64,000 nucleotides of DNA from Felis catus (lineage: Eukaryota): assembly GCF_018350175.1 (NCBI RefSeq), contig NC_058369.1, forward strand, positions 49,104,001 through 49,168,000, read 5' to 3'. Of this stretch, positions 50,519 through 63,504 are shown piece by piece. The notes beneath the pieces are model-generated. The model was given only the letters and a program-made list of their open reading frames with translations, had not been told where the DNA came from and did not search any database. The stretch's first letter is position 1. Each line of letters opens with the position of its first letter. The position numbers and the translations under genes are program-made.

Positions 50519-52929
50519 GTCTACCTGTTAAATTGTCTTCCATAAGTAGAATTAGATATATTGTTTTAACACATACAGTTGTTGTGTATGTGGAGGTATG
50601 ATGCTTCCATCTATTAGATGGCATATATCATAAGGCTTCTGATCTGGGATCCCTTTGTTTCTTGGTGTGGCTCAATTTTTTGTTGTTATTTGTTTCCATG
50701 AGGATGAGATTTTAAAGTATGTTAATTGCTGGAACCATGAATGGTGTGAGAAGTTAGAACTGCAACTTTCAGTGAACAGCTCCGATGGTGCTGGTAGATA
50801 CCAGGAATGGAGGAAAGCTAGGACAGGAAGCAGACTAGTCTCCAATTGACCAGGACACATCACAGATAAAGAAACAGGGTCATTTTGGGATGGACAACAG
50901 TCTCCTTCTATCTGAGACAGCAAGGCTCTCCCTTCTCTTTCTACCTCCTGGACAGAAAGAGTGAGGGAGAGTTTCATTCTTAGGAAGACTAGACAATGAA
51001 TTCCCCTGGACTATAGGGTGAATGTGTTTGAAACCTGTTCAGCCATGAAATTTGCATGCAAATCAGAACCCTCTCTGAATCTCAGGAGTCTGTTCTTCAC
51101 TTCTCTATATTTAACATATCACAGATAAGAAAGCTGGGGGATAAGAGAGGAGCAGTGACCACAAAATTCTGGGTAAATGTCAGTGTCAACACTTATATTC
51201 ATTCATATGGGCTAGGGTATGACACAGTAAGAGATGAATGTCCACATCCTAGTGGCTGTTGACAAGGTAAGTTATGATAAGGACTGGGCAGCCCTTCTCT
51301 ATCTTCCAGGGATGCTATCTGTAACACACAACTTCCAAGGTTGCCACAGAGTGGGAGGGGTAAGAGGTATCTGAGAGATGGAAGGAAACACAGGGATGTT
51401 AGGTGAGCACTGTGTTTGCCACAGCATGTGATGTCACCAGCATTGTGTCCTTTGATAACATAGGCACACTCCACTTACATGCCCCACTCATTTATGTAGC
51501 GTTCTCTCTTGTAAAGACACAATGTCCCCAACACCTACCGTAGAGGAAAGAAACTTTTCTCATGACATTTTTATCAGTTATCATAGAAGGGGTCTCTTGC
51601 TTTTGAGCTTTGATCACAAGGGTCTTGAAGTTGTCCTTCATATGATATTAAATCAAATAGGACTTTTTAATCCTTGAAACAATTGTAAAACTAATTGTAA
51701 AAGTTGTGATCTTTACTCAAGCTTCTGAAAATCCTGTTGGCAATTCTGCATTTAATGAGGCACACTTCAAAGTGGCCTAGACACAGATAATTCTTGACAT
51801 AGCAGAAGAGTTTCACCATGATGAAAAAAATAAGCATTTGTGTCAATAGTGAAATAATCAATAATTGACTTTAGTGGATTAAATATGGAGCAGTGATGAT
51901 TTGAAACATGAATTTGTCTTTTCAGAAGGACTCCACGCTTAGATATAATGAAGATAGCTAGAGTTAATCAGAGCAGAGGGCAAGGATGCCCGGACTTCAT
52001 TTTTTCCCTTATATTTTATATATGCTTCTTGGAAGAGAACCTCCCCCCACACACACACACTCACAAGATAATTGATTTGGAGGAACTATAGATAGGATCT
52101 GGTCCAGCTTTTTCATTCTACAAATCTGAGAACAGAGACTCAGATTTGAAGGGACCTGCCTAGGGGCCCATCATCACTGGCAGCATTGATCTCATTTAAT
52201 GGGACACATGCAAATTATGTTTCCCAAAATGCACTGAGAGTGCTTCCATGTCCTTTCCTATGGGCTTTTTCATTATTTTGAGAAGTCCTTCTTGATGTTC
52301 TTATTATAAAATTAATGTTTGCCATACAAAATTAAACACTTGGAATTTTAAGTATTCTTTGTGCTTTCTCATTCTTTTTTTAAACCATGAAACTAAAATA
52401 CATTTACTTCCTACTGGTTACTGTGCATCCCCAGAGAGGTTCAGAGCATCACTTAATGATATATTATGGACATCTGTTTAAACTTTAGTTTCTGTATTCT
52501 CAATGAGTGATGAGAAATCCTGGTCCTCAAAGTATCAGCTTCAGTTTTTGCACTGACATCTGGTGTGTTAGTTTTAGTACTGGCGGTATGTCTCCACTCT
52601 TATATAGAGAGGTGGACACACAGGTATCCATGCTTGCTTCAGTTTCAAAAGATGCATATTTCATGACTAGCAAAGCACTGCAGAGAAGTCACCCTTATGT
52701 GACTTGGCAAACGTTTTACAGGCTCATTATGGAGGAGAGGTTGTCAGGATAGATGAGAATAACCAATAAAGGATTTTGATCTCCCGAAGTTCAAGGCATT
52801 AGTGGCAGTGCAGCCCTAGGTATCTGCTGTTGTTTCAGGAGCACACTATTTGGTGCTGGGTTTTAAGTCCCAGACATACATGGTTAGAGGGTTTCTAGTG
52901 AGGACTTGAAGGTTGTTGAGACACTTTTT

Positions 52930-53355
52930 TTTTAGGCTTACCAATAAATGTTATTCATTATTTATTTTATTATTTTTTAATATGAAATTTATTTTCAAAT
53001 TGGTTTCCATACAACACCCAGTGTTCATCCCAACAGGTGCCTTCCTCAATGCATAGGGGCACTTGTACCTCAATGTTTACAGAAGCACTTCAACAATAGC
53101 CAAATTATGGAAAGAGCCTAAATATCCATCAACTGATGAATGGATAAAGAAGTTGTGATTTATATATACAATGGAATACTACTTGGTAATGAGAAAGAAT
53201 GAAATATGGCCTTTTGTAGCAACATGGATGGAACTAGGGAGTGTTACGCTATGTGAAATAAGTCATACAGAGAAAGAAAGATACCATATGTTTTCACTCT
53301 CCTGTGGATCCTGAGAAACTTAACAGAAGACCATAGGGGAGGGGAAGGGGAAAAA
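52930..53355 (-). mobile_element. Felid L1 insertion with 5' inversion (twin priming)
   Basis: Antisense 3' end at about 52961-53052 joined to a sense ORF2-end/3' UTR segment at 53052-53355; perfect 12-bp TSD GAGACACTTTTT (52918-52929 / 53356-53367) followed by AA. Confidence 0.92.
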
Positions 53356-54004
53356 GAGACACTTTTTAAAGTCATTCCCTTTTATTGAGTGAGAGAGTGG
53401 TATATTCCATTAACTGTCTTATCGCCTTGGCAATGTGTCAAGCTAACAGGTCATTTAGCATCATTCATGTAAAATGTCAGGAAGACTGAAGGTTTTACTG
53501 AAGCTACTGAACTACCCTGCAGTGTTGCCACCATAGAGATAGAGTAGCTGTCTCCAGGAAAGGAATCCATTTTCATAGCTAAATTGTTCAAAAGGCATAC
53601 AATGGCTCCATGATTTTTATGCTTCTTCTTGTTATTTTTTTCCAGTGGATACTTAAAAATCAATTTATTTTTATTCTGATATGTACCAAGGGTATAGTGT
53701 TTGTTAGGATGAAAAAGCAATTTTAATTTAGTGGGAAATGGATTTTCTTTATCACAGAGAAGTGTTGACGAGATGAGAGACGCACCAAATGAAATTCTCA
53801 TTCCGGATCCCAGGGGTTGAGGTGGGGAGATGGGGCTGGCAGGAGGACAAATTTAGATTTTGATAATTCTGTGTGAATTTCTCCTTAGAGCCCTTAGTTG
53901 TCAATAAAGCTCTTGGTAAGCAACACAAATGACCTCGTTATGCCTGTCCTGGTGAACGGGATGTTCTGAAGCAATAGAGTAGAGTGTTGAAATTTTCAAG
54001 CAAA

Positions 54005-54110
54005 AGGACTATAGAGCTTGGGTCTGGCTCTGCCACTATCCACCCGTGTGACTTTGAGCAGTCACTTGGTCCTCTCCAGGCCTCAGTTTACCTATCCATA
54101 AAATGGATTT
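54005..54110 (+). mobile_element. MIR fragment
   Basis: ctggctctgccacta...tgtgactttgagcagtcact...ggcctcagtttacctatccataaaatgg. Confidence 0.75.
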
Positions 54111-54652
54111 TAACACCACCTGAAGTCTTTGATTCTAAACTGTAAAAATATCTTATAATTTTCCCATATCATCTCAACCAAGGGTTTTTTTAGATTATAA
54201 TTTAGTATGGATTATAGTATCTCTGGGAAAATTCACATGTAAAAGAATTGATGAATGGACCCATTCATTTGAAAAACTACATCTGCAGTTTCCTTTCTAT
54301 TATTTCATTGCTATTTCTTGTGCTATTTCAGCCAATGTGTGTGCTATTTCCTTACTGTAGTTATTTGTGTGTGTGTCTGTGTGTATGTAAGTACGCTGTG
54401 TGCAAGACACAGGAGAGGAGAGATGAAAGGAAAGAGAAAGAGGGAGAAAAGCAATGCATATTCACCTAATCAACCTTATTTATATATCATGTTTTACTAA
54501 CTCTCTGGGATCCAGCCACATTGGCCTTAATCCTCCATACTTATATTGTCCTGCACGTGTCTTTGCACATGCTGAATATCACACACATATTCAAATCACA
54601 GTATACTTGTTGTGGCTATCTCAAAGTATCATGTCTGTTCATCATTACTTTT

Positions 54653-54845
54653 TTAATGCTTACTTATTTTTGAGAGAGAGAGTGAGTGAGTGAGCGAGTG
54701 GGGGAGAGACAGAGAAAGAGGGAGACACAGAATCGGAAGCAGGCTCCAGGCTCTGAACTGTCAGCACAGAGCCCGATCACGAACAAGGAGATCATGAACT
54801 TAGCTGAAGTTGGACGCTTAACCAACTGAGACACTCAGGTACCCC
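54653..54845 (-). mobile_element. Can-SINE with small internal deletion
   Basis: 14-bp TSD TCATCATTACTTTT (54639-54652 / 54846-54859); gacacagaatcggaagcaggctccaggctctga. Confidence 0.95.
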
Positions 54846-55309
54846 TCATCATTACTTTTAGGTTATGCTGGCTATTAAATCTTCTGCCTTGATCTTGTTG
54901 TTTAAGGCATTAATAGAGAAGCATGTGTGTGTATGAGTGTGTCACAATTTTTAAAAGTGTTTTGATAACTGTGTATTAACACATGTGACTTCCTATGTGG
55001 TGTGATGTATTTTGTCCTGTACATCTAAAGGCAATATGCTGAGAAGGTGTCACAACTTCCACTGACTGCCAAAAGATCTTGGGCATCTAAGAGCTTAAGT
55101 TAATCTATATCAGACCATAAATTAGAGAGAGGTTGTAGCTGGATTGGTGTAGTGAAGTTTCTGGCAGCCTGGAGATGGTAAATAAATGTATGTAGAGTGA
55201 ATAAGTGAAAAAAATAGAAGGTTGGAGAAGATAACTCTTCTTTGAGGTAGCTAGTTACATGATATGGGCTGCTGACATTTAATTTTTAGAGAAAAGGTGC
55301 ATAAAAAGT

Positions 55310-55700
55310 TCTGTTTAAAATGATTTAGGCTGCAAAGAACAGAAACCTGACTCAAGGTGATTTGAATACCAAGGAGATGTGTACTCATGAAGTCTAAAGG
55401 TGGCCAGTTTTAGGGTACCACGTGGTCAGTGTCTCTGAAACATGGAAAACTCAGGCTATTTCCAAGCTTCTGTTCTGCTGTTGGCAGTCAAGCTTATAAG
55501 ATGCTGCTAGTAACAACTGGGGCCATGTGCTTCTTTGTTTCTGTGTAGTTAAAGAGAGGAGACCTTTACCTCCAACCATGCAAAATAAATTCTTCCCTTC
55601 AGTTTCACTGGGCCAAATTAGAATGAATGCCTTTCCCTGGACCAAGAGTAGCTGTCAGCATAATACCACATATATTGATTGGGTAAGACTGATAAGCATC
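55310..55700 (-). mobile_element. Old MLT1 (K/L-like) LTR relic
   Basis: tttaggctgcaaagaacagaaacctgactcaagg...cagtttcactgggccaaattagaatgaatgcc. Confidence 0.5.
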
Positions 55701-56992
55701 CTTGTCTGGAGCTGAGGAGGGGGCTGATTGAAAAAATAAACAAACAATAAGCCATGCTAGAAATCGGAAGGAAGAAATATAAGGTGTGGAACCAGCAGAG
55801 TCAGTGACACACATCTCTTCAGGGAGGCACATCAGAGGTCAGGTATTAGCAGGAAGAAATGTCATTCTCTGTTAAATACTTAGAAAAGAAAGTATGGGGA
55901 GAGCAAGTTTATAAAGGGTAATGTTCATAAGCAGCCCTGCTTTTTTTTATGCCTTTAGAACAGAATTTCACACAAGAATGTGTAGGGGGAAATGGAAGCA
56001 TCTCACTCTTCTGAATAATCAACCCCCCTCTCCCCAAATCAGGTGGCACATTGTGAATCAGGCCTTACACACTGTGAAAGAAAGGATATAAAATGAACCC
56101 CAAAATGTAACATGGTTCATTTTTGTTGTCATATTTTATACTTCATATTCATTATCTGTCTCTCTGATTATCATCTACAGAAGAGATTAAAAAAGAAAAG
56201 ATCTGAAAGTCGTCTTCTCCCTAAAATTGTGTACAGATTCATATGCCTACCACCAGAAGGAGAGATACTATCTCAGAGAGGTAACAATTCACGTCTCTCC
56301 AGTACTGTCCCTTGTGTCCCAGCTTTCAGCATCAGGGAGTACTCATGCATAATTAGCCCTCCATTGATTTCCTGAAATTTTAGCTTTTGGAATGGAAATC
56401 TTTATGAAGATGCAATTGCAGTTAATTTGCCTGCTACTGTTTCATAATAAAGCAAGTTATTTAGGAAGAAATTACTTTTTTTAAGTTAGAATTCTCTAAG
56501 GTAGGCTGGTAGTCAATGTGGAATTCTTTAAAGATTTGCAAGTTTGGTCTTTGATGTTCATGTAGAAAATCAGGATATTCTCCTATCACTGCCACCTAAG
56601 AGTAAGTATTCTAGCCACTTATACTATTTCCAAAGGCTTGTTGCATATTGGTTATGAGCTAGTGAGTTAAGCTTTTAGATGTAGGTTACCACTGGTAAGC
56701 AAAGTATCTACTGTTAAAAATGGGGGATATCTTGTGAACTCGTTGTATTGGTAAATCAGAAATAAAATTGTAGTCCTCTGATTTCCTACAAATCTGTGGC
56801 ATAGACTGTACCTCATAGAGCAAGTCTGTCTAGTTCAAGCCACCATTGAATAATTGCACTAAAGCCCAGTTATGTGCCTTTCAGTCAAACTTGTCTGGTT
56901 TTAGTTGGTACAAAAGAGCTTACGTTTCTTCCCCAAACACTTGGACATATACATGGTCAAGTGCAAATCTTATGAAATGGAAACAAAATTCA

Positions 56993-57158
56993 TTGTCTCT
57001 GATCCCAAGGCCATGGGATTGAGCCCTGTGTCAGGTTCTGCTTTGAGCATGGAGACAGCTTAAGATTCTCTCTCTCTATCCCTCTGTCCCCTCCCCCACT
57101 CATACACACTCTGTCTCTAAAATAAAATAAAATAAAATAAAATAAAATAAAATAAAAC
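56993..57158 (+). mobile_element. 5'-truncated older Can-SINE (SINEC_a/b-like) with (AAAAT)n tail
   Basis: gggattgagccctgtgtcagg...gcttaagattctctctctc...ccctcccccactc...(AAAAT)n at 57119-57158. Confidence 0.85.
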
Positions 57159-57994
57159 AAAAGTCAAGATCCTTGATATTCCAAAAATGACACTAGAATC
57201 CCAAGAATTCTCCTTCAGGATTTTGTTACCTCTTAAAGAAATACAGTGCCACTGAGTTAAATTTCCAGAATAGCAGCTCATACAAATGTCTTATATTTTT
57301 TTCATAACGCTATCACTTTGAAATGTACTAACTTACACACTCATTTTATTTTCTCTTTTCCCCTTTTGGTGTTCATTTTGTATACATTATTTTAGAGTGT
57401 CAGTTCTAGGATGATAGGATTTTTGTCTGTTTTATCCTCACTATTGTAATTGTCATAGGTTTCAGTCAAGGAAGAAGGTGGGATGAAAGTTATTTTGATA
57501 CTATTTAAAAAACTCAACTTTGCAAGTTATCTAAAAGAAATGTTAATACATGTTTAAGTTTTTTTTATATAACTCATAGCATTATTAATGAGGGCATCAG
57601 GCATATGTTACAACCAATTCAGAGGAGAAATCAAAGAATCACAAGTTTATATGCAATAAAATAAAGTTGAAATGAATATTCAAGTAGACACAAAATTGGC
57701 TTTTGCCAATTTTTGGTACGGGTAGAAAAATCGGTTTGACTCCTGAACATACTGGACAAAATTGATCTGTCTATAGACAAGAATTATTCAGCATTTATAT
57801 GAGCTAACTACAAGTTACAGAGTATAAAAGAAGTCAAAGGCAATGAAAGTTCAAATCAGATAGTCTAGAAGGGCTTGCTGTAAAATATGCATAGTTTTCC
57901 AACAGAGACATTTATTAATCATGTGCTTATTCCCAGTTTTCTTATAATTCTCCCTCCTTTTGACCGCTAATAATCTCAAAAAAAGATTATTTTT

Positions 57995-58206
57995 GGGGCG
58001 CCTGGGTGGCGCAGTCGGTTAAGCGTCCGACTTCAGCCAGGTCACGATCTCGCGGTCTGTGAGTTCGAGCCCCGCGTCAGGTTCTGGGCTGATGGCTCGG
58101 AGCCTGGAGCCTGTTTCTGATTCTGTGTCTCCCTCTCTCTCTGCCCCTCCCCCGTTCATGCTCTGTCTCTCTCTGTCCCAAAAATAAATAAAAACGTTGA
58201 AAAAAA

Positions 58207-58250
<44 letters not shown>
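57995..58250 (+). mobile_element. Very young SINEC_Fc with long poly(A)
   Basis: Consensus-like body; uninterrupted A39 (58212-58250); TSD AAAAAAAGATTATTTTTG (57978-57995 / 58244-58261). Confidence 0.98.
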
Positions 58251-58252
<2 letters not shown>

Positions 58253-58904
58253 TTATTTTTGATTATAAAATAAGACTAGTCTCATTAGGCTTGGCCTAGT
58301 TATTTATATAGGTGCAGCAAGTGTTACTTTATTATCTAGGACAGTTTAAGTTTGCTTTGTTGGAAATTTTCATAAGGAGTCTCATATTGGACTTGTGAAG
58401 GATCTTTATCATTTGTCATTCAGAGGCTAGGAGACCAAGCCCAAGAAAGCCTACCAGATTTCCCCTGCAGTATCTATATATTTGGTTAAGTTTCTCTCTT
58501 CTCAAGTTTCCCAAATTACTTCAATATTCTTGGCCTGCCAGAGAGTGGCATTCTTACCACCAGTAATCTGAGACCCCATAAACCCAGCTACCAAACCCAT
58601 GTTCTTGTGAGGGCTCTATAAAAGTCATTCTTCCTTAAATGTGGCTTCCCATACCTGATTAAATGAATATCATCCTCAAATATGATACACCAGGCAAGTC
58701 TTTCATTGCATAACCAATAATTCCTATTATAGTCTGGTAAAAAAAGGGAACAGACTCTTATTGAATCTATGCAAGTAGCTATACAGCCATGTGAAGTAAG
58801 GAGATTCAAAGAGTTTCTGAACTGGGGGAAGGAGACTGTGGAAAAAATGAAAGAGATAGCATTTGCTAATGTTTTATTTTGGTCTACAAAAGCAGAACCC
58901 ACCA

Positions 58905-59127
58905 GGGGCGCCTGGGTGTCTCAGTTGGTTGAGCGTCTGACCAGCTCAGGTCATGATCTTGTGGTCTGTGGGTTTGAGTCCCACATCAGGCTCTGTGCTG
59001 ACAGCTCAGAGCCTGGAGACTGCTTCGGATTCTGTGTCTCCCTCTCTCTCTGACCCTCCCCCGCTCATAGTCTATCTCCCTCTGTCTCTCAAAAATAAGT
59101 AAACGTTTAAAAAGCAAAAACAAAAAC
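58905..59127 (+). mobile_element. Can-SINE
   Basis: 16-bp TSD AAAGCAGA(A/G)CCCACCA (58889-58904 / 59128-59143). Confidence 0.96.
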
Positions 59128-60007
59128 AAAGCAGAGCCCACCAATCTGTTATGAGTTACAGCTAGCTCAAGAAGGAAAATGGCCTCCTTATTTTTTCAAA
59201 TTAGGACATTAGGCCAGCATCAACAGTATTGCAAACAAATGGATACAATTTCCCTCATTAATTCATTCAGCCCTATGTAATTAATTTTTGTTCCATTTGG
59301 ACTCTTGGGTAGCAGCAGTCTCATGAAGCTGCCTGTTTTTTTCATAAAAAAAAAAGTTCTGAAAATCCAGGTGTGGTCTTTAAGTTGTGCAAATCGTGCC
59401 ATCCACATTTGCTACAGTCCTTTTCCTTATGACTCTGAGAGGGTCTGCAGTTGATTACAAAGCCTTCAGGGAAGAGTCACAGTAAAATGGAGAGACTCAT
59501 GGTGGCTCTGTTTAATTTAGTACTGGCCATCTTCAAATGTAAAATGCCTGATGAGCATTCACATCAAGTATAATTTAAGGACAAGGAAATTTGGTTGTTT
59601 CTGTGGCATGCAAAACAAGATAACAAAGCCAACCCAAAAATGTTTTAGACAAACGGTTCCTAAGAATAATGATTAAGGCTTTTTTGAAAGAAGATAGGGG
59701 ATGCTACATATAAAACTTAATGACCATAATTTATATAGAGGAATGAAATCTTGATGTGTAACATATAATAATCTGGAGATATAACACACATGGTATACCA
59801 ATGACATACCAAGAATATGGCAAAAATGTTTTAACTCTAGAATAGGCCCTAGATATCTGCGTCTTCATAAAACTGCATAGGTAAGGCTGATGTGCACCCT
59901 TAATTGAAATCCACTCTTCTAGAAAATGAGAGATTTAAGTAAAAGAAGTGAGGTTGTGGCCAAGTCAGTGTCTTAAATAGTAATTAAAATTAGGGATAAC
60001 ACTATAC

Positions 60008-60215
60008 CAGGCTTCAGTGAACTTATTGTGTAACAGGCCAATTACTACATATTTTCGGTTGATAGTATACAAGATCTCTGCCACACTGCTCTCAACTCTA
60101 TTATAGTATAAAAGCAACCATAGACAATATATAAACAAATGGGCTTGTCTGTGTTCCAAGAAAACTTTATTTCTAGAAACAGGTAGTGGGCTATATTGGG
60201 CTGGTGTACTGACCA
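60008..60215. mobile_element. MER58A nested in the ERV1 relic
   Basis: caggcttcagtgaactt...aacaggccaa...gcaaccatagacaatatataaacaaatgggc...gtgttccaagaaaactttattt...aaacaggtagtgggc. Confidence 0.8.
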
Positions 60216-61729
60216 AATGGCTGCACTATATACTATTGTTGTCTACTATCATCAGAGCACAATCAGGACTCTGAGAAATAAAAACCAATTGGGAACAGTG
60301 AGGATGCCAACAAATTTCTAGGAACTTTCCATAAAACATATAATTTCTGAATATTTATAACATTTACCTTATACAAATTTAATCTCAGGAAAGCTATTCT
60401 AATTTTACTTTTCCCATGCAACCCCCATAACATAGCAAATGAACCTAATTACTTCTAGTTTCTCTTTTTTTGTAAGGTGAAAGAAAAAAAAATCTATGAT
60501 TCCAGGTGCCCTTTATGAAATCTCAAAGACAGTTTTAGGTAGAAAAGATACCCTGAATGTTTTATTTATTTATTCTTTTTAATTAAGAATCTCCTTTGGG
60601 GAAGGCAGAATATTTAAAAAAAGTGAAAGGTGACTTGGACTCTTGAGATGTGACAATAGAAACGAGAATAAGCATACAAGGTAATATAATTGTAAAGAAC
60701 TTTGGCTTTTTTTTATAGTGAGGAATCTTTCTTCTTAAGGGCATAAAAAAGTGAACATAAAACAGGAGTTTATCTGCTAAAACAATAACTTTGTTATCTA
60801 GACATACTACACAGAAAAAAATCCTTATTGCAGCTAAAGTCATTAATTCATAAATTAAGAAAATAAGCTCATGAAAATTGAAGTTTTGCTAATACTTGAA
60901 CACATTGTATAGTTTTGCAGATTCAGGTATTCTAACCAAGGCAAATAAATTTCATTCTCCAAGTTCCATCTGTTATTATGTTCTTTGATGTTCTAGAACC
61001 AACGGAGGCTTTATTTTAGGACAGATCTCAGGGGGTACACAGGTCAGAATTAACCTTATACTCTTACTAAGATGTCCTAACATGGGATGTCTTCTTCTTT
61101 GCTATCTTCATATGAATCATTATATAAGCATTGTAAAACTAGTTTCTTTTACATTTCCACCATGGTAAATACCGATAGTTACAACTAATAAATAAAATCT
61201 CCTTGGAGTCCTTAATAATTTTTAAGAATATAGGAGTATAAGTTATGTGAAGAGAGGAAAGGAGACCAAAACAAGAGGAACAAAAGAAACCCAATTGCTC
61301 ACTAGTTTAGTATAAAAGCATACACATGGTTTTATTTCCCTGAAATCACTGGTCCTAAGTATAATCTCAAACACCTATATTAATTACAATTGTTAATTAA
61401 AATAAATAGCCACTATTTCACGGAGAAAGCTGGAGGGGTGGATAATTGAGAACTGCCTGCCACACGCTACCATTTCAATAAACTCACAGAACTCATGAAC
61501 ACACTTAACCTTCTACCACCACATCCGCCCCTCATACAAGTTCTCAAAGTGGCAAAAATGAATATATTCATTTATATGGTCCAAAGATACAGCTTGTAAG
61601 TAAGAAACAAATGTACATAAGTCAGAAGTATGCTATTCTATTTTAGTTAGAAATTTTCTAGGTATCCAAAACTACAGAAAAGCTAGGAAATGACATTTTA
61701 TTTGGAAGTGAAATCAGTAGGTAAAATTA

Positions 61730-62205
61730 AATGTTGGCAGAAATAATACCATCCGTGCACGTAGGTAAAGATGATCTAGTAAGCAGGGAGAAACTGCTGA
61801 TGCATGGTGGGGGGCAGAGATTGCTGGAACAATGTTCTTGAGTAGGGGAGAGTAGATTAGCTTTATCGTGCCAGTGGAGCACTTGACCGAACTGAGGATG
61901 GACATTTCATTTGTGTCACCAGGAGGAAGCCAAGTACATGACACAGGTGTAGGCAGGTGGGTAAATGTGGGCTGAAAGCTGGTGGAAACTTCTTTCTGAT
62001 GGTTTCTTTTCTGTTAAATAGAAAGCAAGGGCATCAAATGAGTATCAGGGGCAAAAATGTTGAGATTTTAAGGAGAGAGGACAATGTATGACACTCTCAC
62101 CTAGAGAATTGGAACAGGTAGGACCAACAATGCAGTCTGATGTTTAGGTAACATCAGGAAGCCACTTGAAGTTAGTGGCAATGAATTTAAAGTGAAACCA
62201 GCCAC
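61730..62205 (-). mobile_element. L2a internal fragment
   Basis: agggagaaactgctgatgc...ttgctggaacaatgttcttgagtagg...gcaggtgggtaaatgtgg...ccacttgaagttagtggcaatgaatttaaagtgaaaccag. Confidence 0.7.
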
Positions 62206-63504
62206 TGTGAAAAGCCCACTTCTAGAATTTTAAACAAGAACACCGAAACAAGTGGTACCAGGAAAGAATTGGTTGTAAATCTAGCCGTCCCACGCCAAAT
62301 AGATTCCGAGTCCTTTAACTCTTCTTGCTTGATTTGGTTTTACTTAAAACAGACTCAACCATTGTTGTCCCATGCTTGATGTTTATGTTTTAATTTTTTT
62401 TGGAAAGAGGGGTGGTCCTTTAAGCAAATATGAGTGAACATCTATTTTACTGAAGGTAAGACACTTGGAAGAATTCTTGGCTAACTGCATTAGGCTAAAA
62501 GTTTCTTGGACTTTAAGTCTAAATTAGTATAGGATTTTAGTCCCTACTAGCAGTAGTTATCTCCAGGAATCATTTCTTTAAAAATATATAAAGCCACTCA
62601 TGAATTGTCTACTGAGTAAAGAAGTAGCCATAATAGAGATGCTTTTCAAAGTAATTTGAACTCTCCTCCCCAACACACATACCAATTGATATGAGAGTAC
62701 ATTACAAGAATTTCCAATAGCCCTGCTGACACTGGTTTCAGTCTAGTCAAATGAAGCAATTACCCTGCAGATGAAACAACCAGATAGGATTTTTTTAATT
62801 TCTGCAATGTCATAAGGCATTTTCATTTATGTTCTCATTTCTATTAAAATACATGGCTATGGCCATGAAACTACAACTTAGAATTAAATGATCTGCAATA
62901 TATTTGGGGGGGAAATTTTCAGTTTTTAGTGGGTAATTGGCCTAACAAAAATAAGTACACCAGGAAAATACAAATCAGCTATTGCAAAGGTGGCAAAATG
63001 AATCAGGTACAACAGGTGTCCAAAAGAAACATCCCGGGATTTTGTTTCTTATTTTCATGATTCAGGTCATTACATCTGGCCTATTCTATTGTCCCCATAG
63101 CAATTGAAATTGTAGTCTTTCACAGCCTCCAGATAATCCCCAAGGACACATTTTCTTAGAGGTGAAATATTTTTTGTTTCTGGGTTTTGGTTTCTTCTGT
63201 AGTTATCGCACTATGAATTGGAGTGGAAGATTGTAAGCAGTGGGCTATGGTTAGCTTAAATTTTCCTTGGATCATTCTTGCCTGGCCCACTAAGAAACAA
63301 GCATCAATAAGAAGATATTTAATGTGTAATAATAGATTTTTTTTCACTAGACATAACAGAGCCAGTGGAATGTACTATCAACCCTCAAATATTTAGATAG
63401 CATTTATATGAAAAGCAGTCTTACAGAATATGTAGAATTGACTTGTACATTTCCTCATGGATCATAGTCATTTTAATTCTACACAAGTGTTTGAATATCC
63501 CAAG

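Larger units (their letters stand above)
57950..60900 (-). mobile_element. Degenerate ERV1 (MER4/MER34-group-like) internal sequence, non-coding, with nested insertions
   Basis: Polypurine tract on the minus strand (plus ttctccctccttttt, about 57947-57961); MER4-int-like blocks ggacaaggaaatttggttgtttctgtggcat, atttctaggaactttcc...ataatttctg, gaaatctcaaagacagttttaggt; no ORF; no matching LTR pair seen. Confidence 0.55.

Noticed and set aside
62278-62297. Minus-strand TGGCGTGGGACGGCTAGAT resembling a tRNA-Ser primer-binding site
   Set aside because: It needs an indel and several mismatches, an older L2 separates it from the ERV relic, and the adjacent sequence does not match the putative 3' LTR.
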